This document shows, one piece after another, positions 37,510-51,700 of a stretch of DNA of 64,000 bases. A program made the translations under genes and the position numbers. The stretch covers positions 23,564,848 to 23,628,847 of the forward strand of contig CM120643.1 in NCBI GenBank assembly GCA_051362555.1. Direction: 5' to 3'. Positions within the stretch are counted from its first letter, which is position 1; each line of letters starts with the position of its first letter. The notes under the pieces are model-generated. The model saw nothing but the letters and a program-made list of their open reading frames with translations, made no database searches and had not been told where the DNA came from. The DNA comes from Lingula anatina (lineage: Eukaryota > Animalia > Brachiopoda).

Positions 37510-38549
37510 CACTCTTCACAGATCTTTCCATCGTTCCACTCGAAATAGAGGCTATAGACTGCCACTCGTTACTGGAAAAAGTTGAAATCTAGAACCCGCA
37601 AGAAAACTTAAGACATCATACTTTTCTCATCAGTTTTGGTTGGAACACATCCCTAAAGAGGATATCTTTAGAAAAGTAATTTCCTTCTCTCCAGTAAGTT
37701 TTTCACTCACCCTGCAATAGATTCCCTCCAAGCAGCTGCCGAACCTGAAACTCCAGGGCGGAAACTTTGTCTTTCAATGTGTTGACATCATCTTGTACAG
37801 AAACTGCAGTAGCGTCGTCACAGCCGTGAAGGAGGGTGACAACACTGATACCGGCCATTTCTGGGGCTGATCCTAGTAGAAATTAAGGTTTTATTTTGTC
37901 GTACCATATTCCTGGGTTTTGAGGCGTGGCCTCTGTAGTGTAACGCGTGCTGTAGATGACAGAAACGGAGGAATGACGGGACTCGAAAAATAAGGGCAAT
38001 TTACCGTTACCTGGGTCAAGCATTACGAATGTCTTGCACGCACACCTACCTTTGCAGTCAAAAACTGAACTAAAAATCCTCCGTGCTCAACTGCTGTAAT
38101 ATAACAGACAGGACACCGTGGCAAGGTGACCCTGAACAGGATCTATTGTGTCATAAGAAAACCAGCGAAATAACATCTACCATATTTACTATTTTAAATT
38201 GTATCCTGTTTGGCTAGTCTCCAAAAAGAATTCGGTTGCTGCCTGGCTCTCCCCCGATACCGTTGCCATGGAAACCACCGTTTGGTTGTGAATAATAATT
38301 TATTACTGGGTCTCTCCACAAAAAAATATTTTTTGCTTTTTGTCTGTACATTTGACAGCTTTGCTGCCTTGTTTAGTTTCTTAATTTCATTTTAATAAGT
38401 CCTGTCATGGAATAAAATAAATATTAGATCGGATAAGTATGATGACTTTTTAAGAAGGTAAGGAAGAAGAGTTCAGGAGGGAGGCCCCAGTCAGTGCTGT
38501 GTCGACTTGAGTTCTCTGTCAGCCCAGAAACTTCAGTTAATACCAGTCC

Positions 38550-38690
38550 AGGGCTCCGTAACTCGAAAGCATCGCGTATTGCGAATAACGATATCACATA
38601 GAGGCTACAATGTATTATATTGGCGCGTTATAGAATCAAGACGCTTGCGCTCGGTCGCAATGCGCGATGATGCTTTCCAGTTAAAGGTAC
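38550..38690. mobile_element. Small CpG-rich palindromic MITE-like element
   Basis: GTAACTCGAAAGCATCGCGTATTGCGA is an imperfect inverted match to TCGCAATGCGCGATGATGCTTTCCAGTTA. Confidence 0.55.
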
Positions 38691-41232
38691 ATACGAACCG
38701 AGCATCGGTGGAGCGTGGATTCCCAGTAACACATGTAAACCACTTCTACTAGATTCTTATATGACTCAAATAAATTCGACATGCCAAGGGATAAACTGAG
38801 AAGATCACTCGATCAGCCATAAAAGACCTTTAGACTGCTCCATTCTTTAAATTTTTGGTTGTAAATTTAACCTACTTTTGTGACCTACTTTCCTGCCCCA
38901 TTGACATACAGCTCAGAATGCCAGCAGAAAAATTCGTTCAAACATCATTTTCGGGTAAAATTAAACAATGCCTTTTGGTAAGTCTCTTAGTTATACTACT
39001 TACAACTATATGCTGGCATTTGGTTGGTTTTTGTGACAAAAAATTGACTTTGTATGCATCTTTCAGAGACCCAGTACTCAAATTCGATTCCTCTTTGATT
39101 TTTAGAAAGAATGTGCCAATTTTAGAGTGCATATATCAGTGGTGCAGTGAACTGTAAAAGATGGCATTTTACAGTTCAAGAAAGATACACAATTTGATTA
39201 ATTATTTATTCTGTTAAATAAAAACTGTATGTTTCTTTAGATTGGACTAGACAGTAGTTCAGTAAAAGTGTGGATCACACCAGTCCAATCCAAGTGCTAG
39301 ACATTGGGAATGTGTATGGACACAAAGGGTTTAATAATGAATTTTAACTGGATCACTTTCAATAAAAGGTACACCTACTGATCAAGGCCATTGGTGTTTA
39401 ACAAAATTAATTCATTTTTGTTCCCTTGAATTTTTTTGGTCTAAATGGTCTAGGTGGATGGGTTAAGAAAAATCAGTTGGACTTGTTATACAAAATCTCT
39501 TTTGTTAGTGACTAAATTGACAAAACTTTAAAATAAAGATATTGGGACAAGCAAGTTCCTTGCAATTTGAATAGTTGTTTTAGTCAAGTGTAATTATTAT
39601 GGCCTGATAACATTCAGAAGTACGCTGACAGTGTCACATAACTCAACAATACTGTAACAGTCACAGTAATATTAATAAATACAATTGTTTATTGTTTAAA
39701 TTTGTCAATTCTACATAATATGTAGAATAATCTCATTTATAATTACAATCATCATCTTGGCTGTACACGGTTCCAAAGAACAAAATTAAATTATTGTAAT
39801 AATACCTTTCTATAACATGATTTTAAATCTTTAAAAATAACAAAATACACAGATTATACTTTCTAAATTCAGGAAATTTACTTAAAACACAAAAGTCTAC
39901 CCAATGTTATATATAAGTTGCCAGGACAAATAATCATAATAGTAATAATCAAGAATAGTCATTACATAGGACATTATTTGAAACCTTCTAATAAAAATGT
40001 CTGTTTCTACTGAAATTTGACGATTTCCTTAACTTGAACCAAGGTCTTTTAGACACCTTACTGCATTGCAGTTATACATCATACACAATATATAACTTAA
40101 ATGTACATGTTGAGAACCACCCCTCACCCCCCCCCCCAACCCCCCTCCTCTCCCTCACTACTATGTCTTCCTTGTCCACAAGTGAACATACTGTAACATA
40201 CTGTACTGCCCCCACCATACAAGGTTATTTTAGATCAATTGACAATCTATCCGAGCTGCCTGCACTCATTTAAAACATTACCCATTTATAACTGTTACAA
40301 CAATCTGTTCCATTTGATTATTTACAAAAAGCAGTAACTTGTTGGAACTGATAACCTCCGGGTAATACAGAAGCCATATGTTTGGAAAACATAACATTTT
40401 TGAAATATTTTGATTGCCATCTTTTAATTGGAATACAGAATGTGATTTTTTTCAAATGGTGGATAAAATATAATGAAAAGAATATACAAAAACCACTTAA
40501 TTTTTTTTTTCAAACTCAAGACAAGTATTCAAAGATGCCCCTTAAATTTCTCTCTTCATTTCCTCCTCTCTCAAAGAGTTGAGGGGAGGAGGGGAAAACA
40601 CGACCATAATGCCAAAATAAAGGGAAGTAATATATGCATTTGTGCTTAAAATTACCACAACTGTCTTTCTTCAATAGGTATGAAATGAGAGCATTACATT
40701 TTCCCTACATTAGGTAAGGTAATAGCTCATTTTACAAAATAAGTGATTATCATATTTCTCAAAATGGATTATGATTAGTTATAACTTAAAACATGGATGT
40801 CAAAAGATGTGGTTTTGTACCTGAAAATAATATTTTTCTAAAAATGTGGAAATAAATGGGGTGGAATTTATTCATAATTATGTAATATATTCTTCATTAT
40901 TATCATTATTATGTTAAAGCATTACCCTATGTAGTAAAGGAGTAACTGAAAATTTCCGTAAATACTGTGAAGTTTTGTATGTCAAAATAAAGTGAGCTCT
41001 TTAAGTAGCATTCATTATAAGACTTCTAAGACAATGCACAAATACATGGGAGCTGTTGGTTTTTTCTATGTCAAAATCAAGGGAGATTTGCTTTTTTCAA
41101 GATCATTTTTTGGCTTAAATGTACCACATTTACAGCACTTTAACTTTTATCTATTTGTTTTAAAACAATTTGCAGATCAAATAGTTAAAGTTGGAGTGAA
41201 TGAAGAATTTTGTTGTGGAGAAACAAATTTTA

Positions 41233-41277
<45 letters not shown>

Positions 41278-42712
41278 CAAAGAGTATGGAAATGTTTAAT
41301 ATGAATGAATAAGGTGAAGCCCAGCCATATTACGTGCTGATTATTCACTCCCCCCTTCAAGAAACCCCCATAGACAATACAAAAACTACAATTATCAACA
41401 AATTCACAATGACAGTAACAATGTTTACAATAATATCTACAATGCTTATAGCTACCCCAACCACAGACATAAATCATTGTAATACAAATAAGATCAACTT
41501 TTCAGGAGGAGGGGAGTTATAAAGAGAGAAACCAGACTGGGCCAGTATTACCATTCCTTTAGTCCTATTTAAATGAAAAAGAAATTAAAAAGATCTAAGC
41601 TGTCCCATTTTCAGTGCAAAGACCAGTTTGCACTTGCAGTACATTTTGATAACCAATTCTTTTCAAAACCAATGCTGTACATATAATATTTCTTCTAATT
41701 ATGTATGAAAATAGTTTGCTTTTATCTACAACACTTAAAGCATCTATGTTTTATACCAACAGCATGTAAAGTATTAACCTTGGTTACCTTGATACTGCAT
41801 CATTAAATAAAGACTATTAATAACAAGACATGTACAATTATATACTATACACCCTCCCCCCTCCCTTTTTCGCGGACTCAAAATGGACCCTAATAATAGT
41901 AAACTAATTCAGGCTGCATGAAAATAAAGAGCTGAAAATGAACTTGCACAGAAATGTAATACAGCAGTTTCCCCTACCCCCACTTTCTAATCTCAATTTT
42001 CATTAAGAAAAAAAGAAGAAAATAAATCTATAGACAGCTCAAAATATACCACAAACTTTGCACATAATTTCCACTTTATTTCAATTTCAAGTGTATCTTT
42101 AACCAAATGTGTATTTCCCTTGAAAAAAAAAAATACTATCATAATGCAGAAACTTTTTTTTCTGATCTGCCAAAATTCCACATCTTCTTTTCATATTTCT
42201 TTAAATTCATCTTCCTGTCGACACTCTCCTTACGCAGCGCTTCCAATTTCCCATCACACCTTTCTTGATCACATGGGGCTGTCATGTGACTGGGGTCTGG
42301 GGCTGGAGGAGGAGGGGGGGTGCTCACAGCCATGTAGATATGGTTCCATATGGTGGTTCTCATTATCTTCAAAATACTTCTCTGTAATCTTTGTAAAACA
42401 CCTCTGTTGCCACTGCACTGCCCTTACTACATACTATTTCAGCAAGGAGCATACATCAGCTAGTCCTTATGCACAGAACTCTTTACATGCTGCCTTTGCT
42501 GTTGTAGATAAGTGTCGAACATAGTCAAAAGATGGCGCTGGTGTCTTGCCATTCTCAGAAGGTCTTGTAGAGGAGTGAACAGCAACTCCTTTCCCTTCTG
42601 CACTCACTTCATGCTGCTGCTAGTTGAATGTGACTAGATTGTGACACTATTAAAAGGTGGCACCTGTGTCTTTCTGAAGTTTCAACCATGCTCAAAAAGA
42701 TGTCACTTCACC

Positions 42713-45700
42713 TCACTTCAAGAAGGCCTTGTAGAGGAGTGGAGATTTACACGTTTCCCTTTCTTCTTCCAGTAAGAAAACCAAATCCCTGAGTGTCACA
42801 CGTTTTATCCTGGGACGAAGCATCTGGACAGAAACAAAAGTCAGTGTCAGATATTCTTAAACTTCACAAGAGCAAATTTAAATATCTTATCAAAATATTA
42901 CATACGTTGCATGACATGACAAAAAAATTGTCATAAGCCATTTTATATAAATCGCACACGTACATATAACCATACATGGATATTGCAACTGCAAAAATGG
43001 AAAATACATGTTCTGCAATATGCATGATTCCTCCAAACATTGTTTCCCTATGTCATCTGTCATCAGTCAAACTTTGCACATGTCCATGTGCCCCTGAATC
43101 CCCCCCTCCCCCCATTTAAAGGCAGACCTGTGAAGTACTTACAGATGGCCTGGATGCAGAGGCTGATGATGGACTAGAACCTACACCCACACTGCTGCTA
43201 CCCTGAAAATTATTCAACAATAAAAATAATAAATTTGCCCTCTATTACTATGTAAAATCATCAGAACAGCAATTTTTTAAACTTTAAATTATTCTATTAT
43301 ATATAGAAGTCTACCAAGACTTTTTTCACCTTTTCTTAAACTATTTCTCACGAATTGTCAACAATCTTTTGATCACCCCACCACCCACCTACACAAACAC
43401 TTTTCTCCTTCAAACAACTTTACTAAATCCAAAGAACTTATTGTGTATATAAAAACATCCTATTACCTGAGCTACTTCAGAATCTAATTTCTTTTTCTTT
43501 CTTGGTCCTATGGCTGCTAGAGCTGTAAGGTTGGCCTCTCTTTGCCTCACCTCTTCCATCTCAGCCTGTTGAAGCTGGAAATACAGGGATTGAACATGTG
43601 GATGCAGGACGGTGTGTCACTGATATAACAAATCTGAACACATTAACCTCTATCTCTCACGCACACACTCCTCACTCACGCACGCACACACCACACCGAT
43701 TCTGCCGTAATAAAATTAGTGTTATCTTTGAAATTAGTTACTTACTACATGCCTTTCAGTGGAAAAAAATGCACAAGCTGGATATTTCATATGAAAACAT
43801 AAAAATGCAAGGACTTACTTCTTTGGCTTTTTGCTTTAACTTGAGCTGCTCTGGATCTTCATTCTTAGACCGACTCTACAATAAAAACAAATGTGAAGTT
43901 ATTATGTTATAATCTCACAGTCACTCATGATGAGTTCTAATAATATCAATTCCTTCAATTAAAAAAAAAAGAAATTAAAAAAATTTAATTACACATAAAC
44001 CTATCTTCTGATCGTAAAATAATGTAAGTTACATAAATTTGTATTAGTTGAATAAAAAAAAAATCTGACTGTAAATGATTTCTTGCAGTCACATTTTATT
44101 TTTACTAATTAATGATACATTAGTCAAAAATCCTGTGATTTCTGGATCTTTTTTGACCAAAATTCAAGTACCAGCATGACACAAGTCTTTCTTAATATGC
44201 TTGCCTACCTTTGCTGCTCTAAGCAACATTTCCCTTTCTTGCTCTTCTTTCCTCTTCTTTTCCTGTTTGTCTAACTCTTCTAGGAACTTTAGCTGCTGCT
44301 TGACATCTGACGTCACCTCGTGATAAGAATCATTCTAGAAACACAAAATATCTGATTGTGAAGACCAAATACTAAATACCAAAGAGTTTGTGAAACTCGT
44401 CAACATAAAACTGAAGTCATTCTTAATCCCCAACAAATTTGGAACAGATTTTGTTTGGTACTAGATAAATTAATATGAGCATTATGCAACTCAACTGATT
44501 GCACAAAACGTACACTACAGTAACTAAGGCAGATAATCTTTCTCTTCGACAAGCCAAGTCTGCCTTACAACAATTAAAGTGAACCATATATTGCAAAAAA
44601 TCTAAACATTAAAAATACGAAAAGTATATGTTTGCTGACATCAGAGGATTAAATCAAAATAAGTCAAGTAATTTTTATATTCCAAAGAAGTCATACATAC
44701 CATCTCCCATCACATTTTCAAAAAAATTCTTATGATTTTTAACTTAATTCACACCATTAAAAAAAAGAAGAAAAAAAATCTCCCATCACATTTTCAAAAA
44801 ATATCTTATGATTTTAAAACTTAATTTACACCATTAAAAAAAAACATTGCTATCTTACCTTATATATTTCTAACCGGTGTTCTGCTACTGTGGCTAATTT
44901 TTCTAATATATTCCGTAGCCTTTCTTGGGTAGCGTGAGATATTAAATTGGCAACTTCTTTTGGCACATCTTCTAACCCATGCTTTCTAGCTAGAATCAAA
45001 TTAATGTGAAAAAATAAAACACAGTTCTAAACAACTCACTCCTTTCCTCTCTTTGCTCTGATGGCATACACAGACAAATTATTTTTCTGTCCACATAAAA
45101 TAAATAAAATTTGAACTTTATACCGTCTCAGTACTTCTGGTGTGTCATTAAGGGGAGAGCAAAGTAGGGGATTAAAAATTTCTAACAAATAGTAAATAAA
45201 TGTTAACAGATCTCAGACAAAAAAATTGTTTTCAACTTTAATAATAAACGCAAAGTTATAAATAATATGACAATGTCTAAGTGATTTTTTAAATAAACTA
45301 ATGTATTTGTTCTGTGTCCAGTGTTATGCCATGACCTAATCCTTGTATCTACAACTCGTACAAAAATTTGTGTCATTATATCTTAACAGCCTCTCCATAA
45401 TTTCTTCTTTGAAGATAACCCTCCCCAAAAAGGCACTTTTCCCATCTACCCACCCCTAGTAACATTTGAACCAACTTTCCAAATCAATTCAGATATAAAC
45501 TTTTAACTACAATAAATACATGGAATATCCCACATTCTTCACATTCACCTACCTACTGCGTTAACCTTCTGCAGCAGGTGGGGGTGTGACAGGAACGCCT
45601 CATCTTTACATGACCTCAGCTGCGTCCCTATAAAGTCTGCAGTCGAGGCAAGAATATTGCGACTCTCCTCTGACAAATTGACACCACCCATGGTTGCTAC

Positions 45701-48700
45701 ATCATTGATATCGTCATCGTCTCTGGAAAATTTAACAGCAATATTAATTTATAAACTGCAAGACTAGAGACTGACTTATAGTTTGATATCCTGGGCTAAA
45801 GTTAGCTGAGTACGCTTAATCAGCAACCTCAGAGAAGGGTTCACTTATCTTCAAAGTAAATTCACCTCATGACATTCACCTTGGTGACAAAATTAAATAA
45901 CTAAAAGTACCTTGAAAAATGTTAATTCTTACTTAACAATAACCAATGGAAGTTAATTACATTAAACATAACTTTTGAACAGGCATAATTTTCACCAGAT
46001 TGGACTCTTACTTAAGAGATTCATATCTCCTCTTCTCTTTATGCCCAGGGTGGTGGGGGGCCTGCCCCTGCATCATGTGCATCACGGTTGTCCCAGGTTT
46101 CATCCCCACGACCCCTGCTTGACCCTGACCCTGTTTGACTACAGCAGCCTGCTTTTGTCGCGCCATGTGAACTGCCTGCAGGTCTGCCAAGGTATATTTT
46201 TGCTGTGAAAAGATAAGAGGGGTTCATTCACAAATATTAATAGTGATTTTTTTTGTCAGAAGATGTTCTGAAGCTGGCCCTCTTAATGTCTTAATGTCAA
46301 ATGATGAAGACAGTTTGCTCCACCTCCACAGCTAATTTTTTTTCATAATTCAATGACCATTGCTAAAAAAATAGTATATCTTACTTTTATCCACAGCAAA
46401 AGCCTTTAAGCAATTAGCAATATATAAGTGTACTAGTATAATGACTGTTAATGTACAAAACTCCAGTAAGTCCAAGTCTGCTTTTCAGTTGAAAAAAAAA
46501 AAATTACTAAGTCCAAGTCTGCTTTTCAGTTGAAAAAAAAAAAAAATTACGTTAAGTAAGGTGCTCTCTGTCAATGAGAGTGAGCCAAAAGAAAGCTCAC
46601 CTGTATTGCTTGAGGTATGACTTGCTGCTGTGATCCACTGACAACAGTCGTGGCTGCCGATAAAGTGGTTGTCATGGTAACAGGGACTGGCATAGAGGTG
46701 ACGGTGGCAGGAATGCTGGGTGTTGTATCAGAATTCGCTGACGTGAGGGGTGCACGTACGCCCTCGATTTGGATTTGCCGTTGTGTGAGCATGGCTCGAA
46801 GCAGTGGCAAACTTTTCTATAAAACATAAATGATAACATGTGAAAGTACATTATTTTGAAGGTCAAATCCTTTCTGTTGATTTTAAAAAAGTAGGAATTT
46901 TTGCATCTTAACCAGCAGTATACATTACCTTGTGCATCTCTTTTGCATCTTATTGCAGAGAACAACCAAGTACCCTACACTTACTCATGGATATATCTAA
47001 ACCAAATAGCTGGGCATTTTAAATAACTAAAATTTTGAATCAATGATTAATTTGACAAAATATACATCCAATATATATCTTAGTGATACTTTATGTCTTA
47101 CAAGCATACATGTGACCCATTTGCCTTATTAAAGTCCAAAAATAACTATAACTGTAGCTTCCAAAAAACATGTAAAAATTTCACCTTTTCAACATATCAT
47201 TAGTCAGTATCAAATCATAATGCAACAGCTGGTTGTTTGCTAATGCACTTACTTTTAAGAATGGCACAAGATACGGTTGGGGAGATGATTTCAAAGCCAC
47301 TTGTAAGTCCTGGGTGAAGGCTTCCGGCTCTATCCTCCCATCCTGAAATAATTCAATATCATATCTCTGAATAAATTCAGATATATAGGAAATCCACATC
47401 CAGGAACTGATGTAGGATATCAAGATGGAGTGTCTGAATCCTTCATTTTGGTTTGGGGATGGACATCCTCTCACACCCCTACCCCACCACCCCCACCCCT
47501 ACTGTTCCCCATACAATGTATTTCATTTGACACACTACTGCATCACTGTGTACTGAATAACACTTGAATAATTTGTTATTTCAAACCAATTACCTTTAGA
47601 TGTTCTAAAACATGCACTGATAATGTAATGACCCACACTGTACACTAATGTATGCAATATGACAATGCATTAAAAATATCTCTTCAGTTTATTATATTAG
47701 GAAAAAGCATCCAACAGGAAACATTATGCACAGCATATGGGTTACAGTAAAAGAAATATTACACAAATTAAAAGGACTGCGATTTTTTTTTTTATAAAAC
47801 CACCACATAATAAGCATTTTCCCTTCTTTTTTTACTACATCATTGGAAACTACATACTTGAAACAAATTTATTAATATATACCCTCACGTTTTTAATTTT
47901 CTTTCATCAGAAATCTGGTAAAAAGACTACTACCCTCAACAAAACAGCTGAATATTTTGCCTATAAGCGAGTTTAATGAAACACTTACAATAAGCCCCTG
48001 TATCAGCGCCCTAACATTCTTGACTGTCTCTGGGGGCTGATTGGAGGCCAGTTTTATCAGCGTGGAGAGAAAGTTCTTGCACTTTTTGACATTTTCCACT
48101 GTTGACTGTTCCATGGGGTTAGGTATAGTGTGAGCCACCGCTGAAAATAGGACAGAAATAAAATAATAAGAATATAATAAAATATCAGAAATATGTGATC
48201 TGCACTACTTCTTTACAGATGATCATCTGGGAGACTGGTGATAGAAAGAATGGAACAAAATATAAATCTGTGAGACTTTGTTGGTAGAGTTGAACAACAG
48301 CTAAGATTAAAAGAAAAAATATATCTTAAATGTACCAGTCATCCTCAACCCCCAACCCTGATTCTTATCATCTAACATGGGCAAAAATATCAACTCTACT
48401 TTTAAAAGCATGAAGAAAAATTGGTGACTGGAAGTCACATTCCCTGCCTGGTATTACCACCAATATACTAACAACAACAACAACAACAACATTTTACATG
48501 CAGCAAACTTTCTCTCCTCACTGAGCAGGTGATTATAAGGAGATATGAGAATAAACATGAACCTTTTTTTGCCATCTTTTAAGATTTTTTTCTTTTAATA
48601 CATGTACAGTACACAAAATATTTAAAAGTTATTCAAAACACTATCTTTATTAGGATCCCATACAGATGAATTATCTAATTTACACTCATACACATTCCCA

Positions 48701-51700
48701 CCCCCACCCCACTCACTATGTAAAGTTTTCTTCAGGAGATCCTTACTGGCCTGCTGTATCTGTCCCTGGGGTGTCACTGCCCTAGGGCCTGCCTGGGCTG
48801 CCCCTGCGGGGACTGCGTGCACCACTGTGGGGACAGGGGCTCTCTGGGGGGTTGGAGACATCCTGGGGGTGGTGGCGCGTGCTATGGACTGCATTCCTGC
48901 GGCTGCGACACCAGACTTCACTGTCATCAGGGACGTAGGAGAGGCCCTGGCTTGGGCCTGGGTTACCTGAGGTTTTGTAAAAAAAAAATTGCCACTAAAT
49001 TCATGCACACTGGCTTGTTTTTGCTGACGTATTCATTTTTATATAAGAGTAAAAAGACTGGTTTGCAAGTTTTCTTGTGTATGTTTGTTCAAGAAGTTAT
49101 AATGAGAAGGAGTAGAAACGGGACATCAATTATCTCTCTCGTCCAATCAGATCGCAGCATTCTTTTCAAAGCGGCGTCCTTTGAAATTCGATCCTCGTAA
49201 CTGGTGTAATCCTCCGCTCGCCTCCGCGTGACTCAAGACAGAGAAGCTGAACCAGTGTGTATACGTCTTGATTTATTCATGTTTAATGCGAATATTTGGA
49301 AGTTATACTTAGAAACACGCCAAGTCGATCGATATAAAGGTGAGTGAGAGTTGATAATCTGCTTTGAGCATTGTTTTATGTTTTATGTTTTTCTGGTTAG
49401 TTAAAAACGTGCACCATTACAATACATCATTGTGATATTAAATGAGTCAATCCTTTAGATGAAAAACATCATTTCAGATAGACAACTTTTCATCCGACTT
49501 TTTCAAAATGGCGGGTCCCTAAATTGGTTAGAGACAGTTGGGAAAAAGTTTGGGACAATTTTTGGTAATTTTAACGTGGTGTAAGCACATAATTTATGTT
49601 TTTCTGGTTAGTTAAGCACGTGCACCATTACAATATAACATTGTGATATTAAATGAATCAATCCTTTAGATGAAAAACATCGTTTCAAATAAAAAACTTT
49701 TCTTGGGACTTTTTCAAAATGGTTGGTCCAAAATTTGATGACAGGGAACTCTCGGAATTTTTTTCAATTTTTTATTGCAATATGATGTTTGCAGAGTTTC
49801 GTTTAGGATATAGAGTTATATTTTGTAATGAATTCCGCACTTACTCATTTCAGGTTGAAGAGAATGCAGGTGAAAGATCTTTAGTTTTGCTGGCAGATGT
49901 ACATGTAGCCATAATTGAACAGTCAAAATGATTGTTTCCAGCAGCAACTTGATGAGGCTCAAGGCTCTGTTTTCTTACCACCACTAATATTAAACTATAG
50001 TGCACAAGAGGTGCAAGTTTTAAAAGGGAATTTAGTGGTCCAAGTTTCAAAAGGGAATTTAGTGTTCACTGGCTAATTGTCTAAAGTATAAAATAAAGTA
50101 ATCACCACATCAAAATAAAAACTAACCATTTTTGTATTGTTTTTATCACTGTTGGGTGTAACAATATTGACATATTTTCATTGTTGGTACTTTGTTTTAG
50201 ATATTATACAAGTTGCTCGAATGTTGAAATAAAGCAATATCAATCAATAAAAATATTTCTTTGTTTTTTCTTCTAATGAATTTAAACTATCAGTCTACTA
50301 TTAGTTAGCCTCATGTAATAGACAAAGATATAAACAAAAATATGTATTAATGAAATTTTATTTAGAATCATACTAAGTGCAATAACTTATTTTCATTTTC
50401 CCAATTTTCCTGTTTAAGCTCTACCTGGTATATAAGCAATAATGTGCCAAAAAAGAAAGAAACGAGGCTGGCATACGGAAATTGCAAGTCCTACTGTTTT
50501 GTGCACACGGCTGTGAATTGAATGTGTAATTCCTAGATGAAGGTAAATTTCCTTTACACGACAAAAAGAATTTAAAATAAATATGAGACTTCTACAGGTG
50601 CAAATTTTAGCGTTGAAGGTGGGTTTGTGAAATTGTTCTCATACATTCTTGATGTGAAACTAATTTTTGTATAACTGATCGGCTCTAGATCAAATGAAGG
50701 TGTATCTCGCATGATTTGAGTTTTATTTCCCAAAATGGTTGCGTCCAGGCTAAAAAACCTCTCTCTACACCTTTCTGTAATCCCACCATGTTTTCTCTGT
50801 GAGATTATTAGAGATTATTCGCGAGGCTTTATCCCAATTGGCTGAAGCAACCCACGTGAACGGTCTTTTGAATATGTATTAGGCACAAGCTCTCCCTAAG
50901 ACCACAAGCTGGGTAATTATTAGGATTAAGCCCGTTACGAGGATAGGATGAAAGGAAACCCCTTGTTTCTACTCCTTCTCTTTATAACTTCTTGGTTTGT
51001 TACATCAGATGACAAGAAATTATATTGGAAACATGCGTAGATCCTTACTTAGGTTTGTGGTACCATAAGTGATAAGTATGGCTTAACAGTTTCAAAGCAA
51101 AAAATGACTAATGTTATTCCTGAATCTGGCATCTTTTATATTCAATTTTGTTGGATAACTTTTGTCTAAACTGCAGTTTAAATGCTGTTTTCGGGCATCC
51201 TGGAACTGTCAGTCCGATCGGTCATGACCGGGAAAATTAGTCTGGACCGGTAAAAAAATTGGACTTGGTTGGTCCAAAGGACTGACAAGAGTTTTAAGAG
51301 CTGCAATTTTGAATTTACAGTCATCATTCGACATACTTCACTAATAACATTATATAAAACCTAAAGCTCCCCCCCCCCCCAATTTCAAACCTATCATATT
51401 CACAAACAAAGTAAGCTACCCTAATCGTACTTGTAGTATTTGTCTTAAATGAATAGAGTGATTTTTGGTCCAACAAAAATCTGTTTGCTTCATGTAATTT
51501 TTCATTACTGCCGGTCCAAATGTCCGGCCATTCTGAAAATTTTCAGCATGTCTGTGTTTTTAACTTGCTTAAAGGGATAATAACTATTCGTTTTGGCCAC
51601 TTAAGAGATTTTAACAGAGTATAGCCATCAATGAAGGTCACGTGGTCTAAAGACAAGCTCAGATATCAGAATAATAGCTATAACTGCTGTTTTTGTGGTA

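Larger units (their letters stand above)
35453..37858 (-). pseudogene. Coiled-coil plus Caspr/neurexin-IV-type fibrinogen-like domain protein (about 249 aa if intact); last exon disrupted by a transposon in this haplotype
   Basis: Exons 37858-37711, 37453-37253, 37076-36840, then 36590-36563 joined to 35588-35453. Motifs SCSDW...SGNYLIDPDG...FLVWCDM, CHQQLKYQC, YWPGG...CAC...C, CNCDMNDAVWREDSG...LPITGFRIGDTG...LGPLMC. The start is uncertain; an upstream micro-exon near 38011 is possible. Confidence 0.8.

Noticed and set aside
42120-42524. ORFs of 134 aa (plus) and 77 aa (minus) after the TAF4 stop
   Set aside because: They lie in the probable TAF4 3'UTR and show no homology cues.
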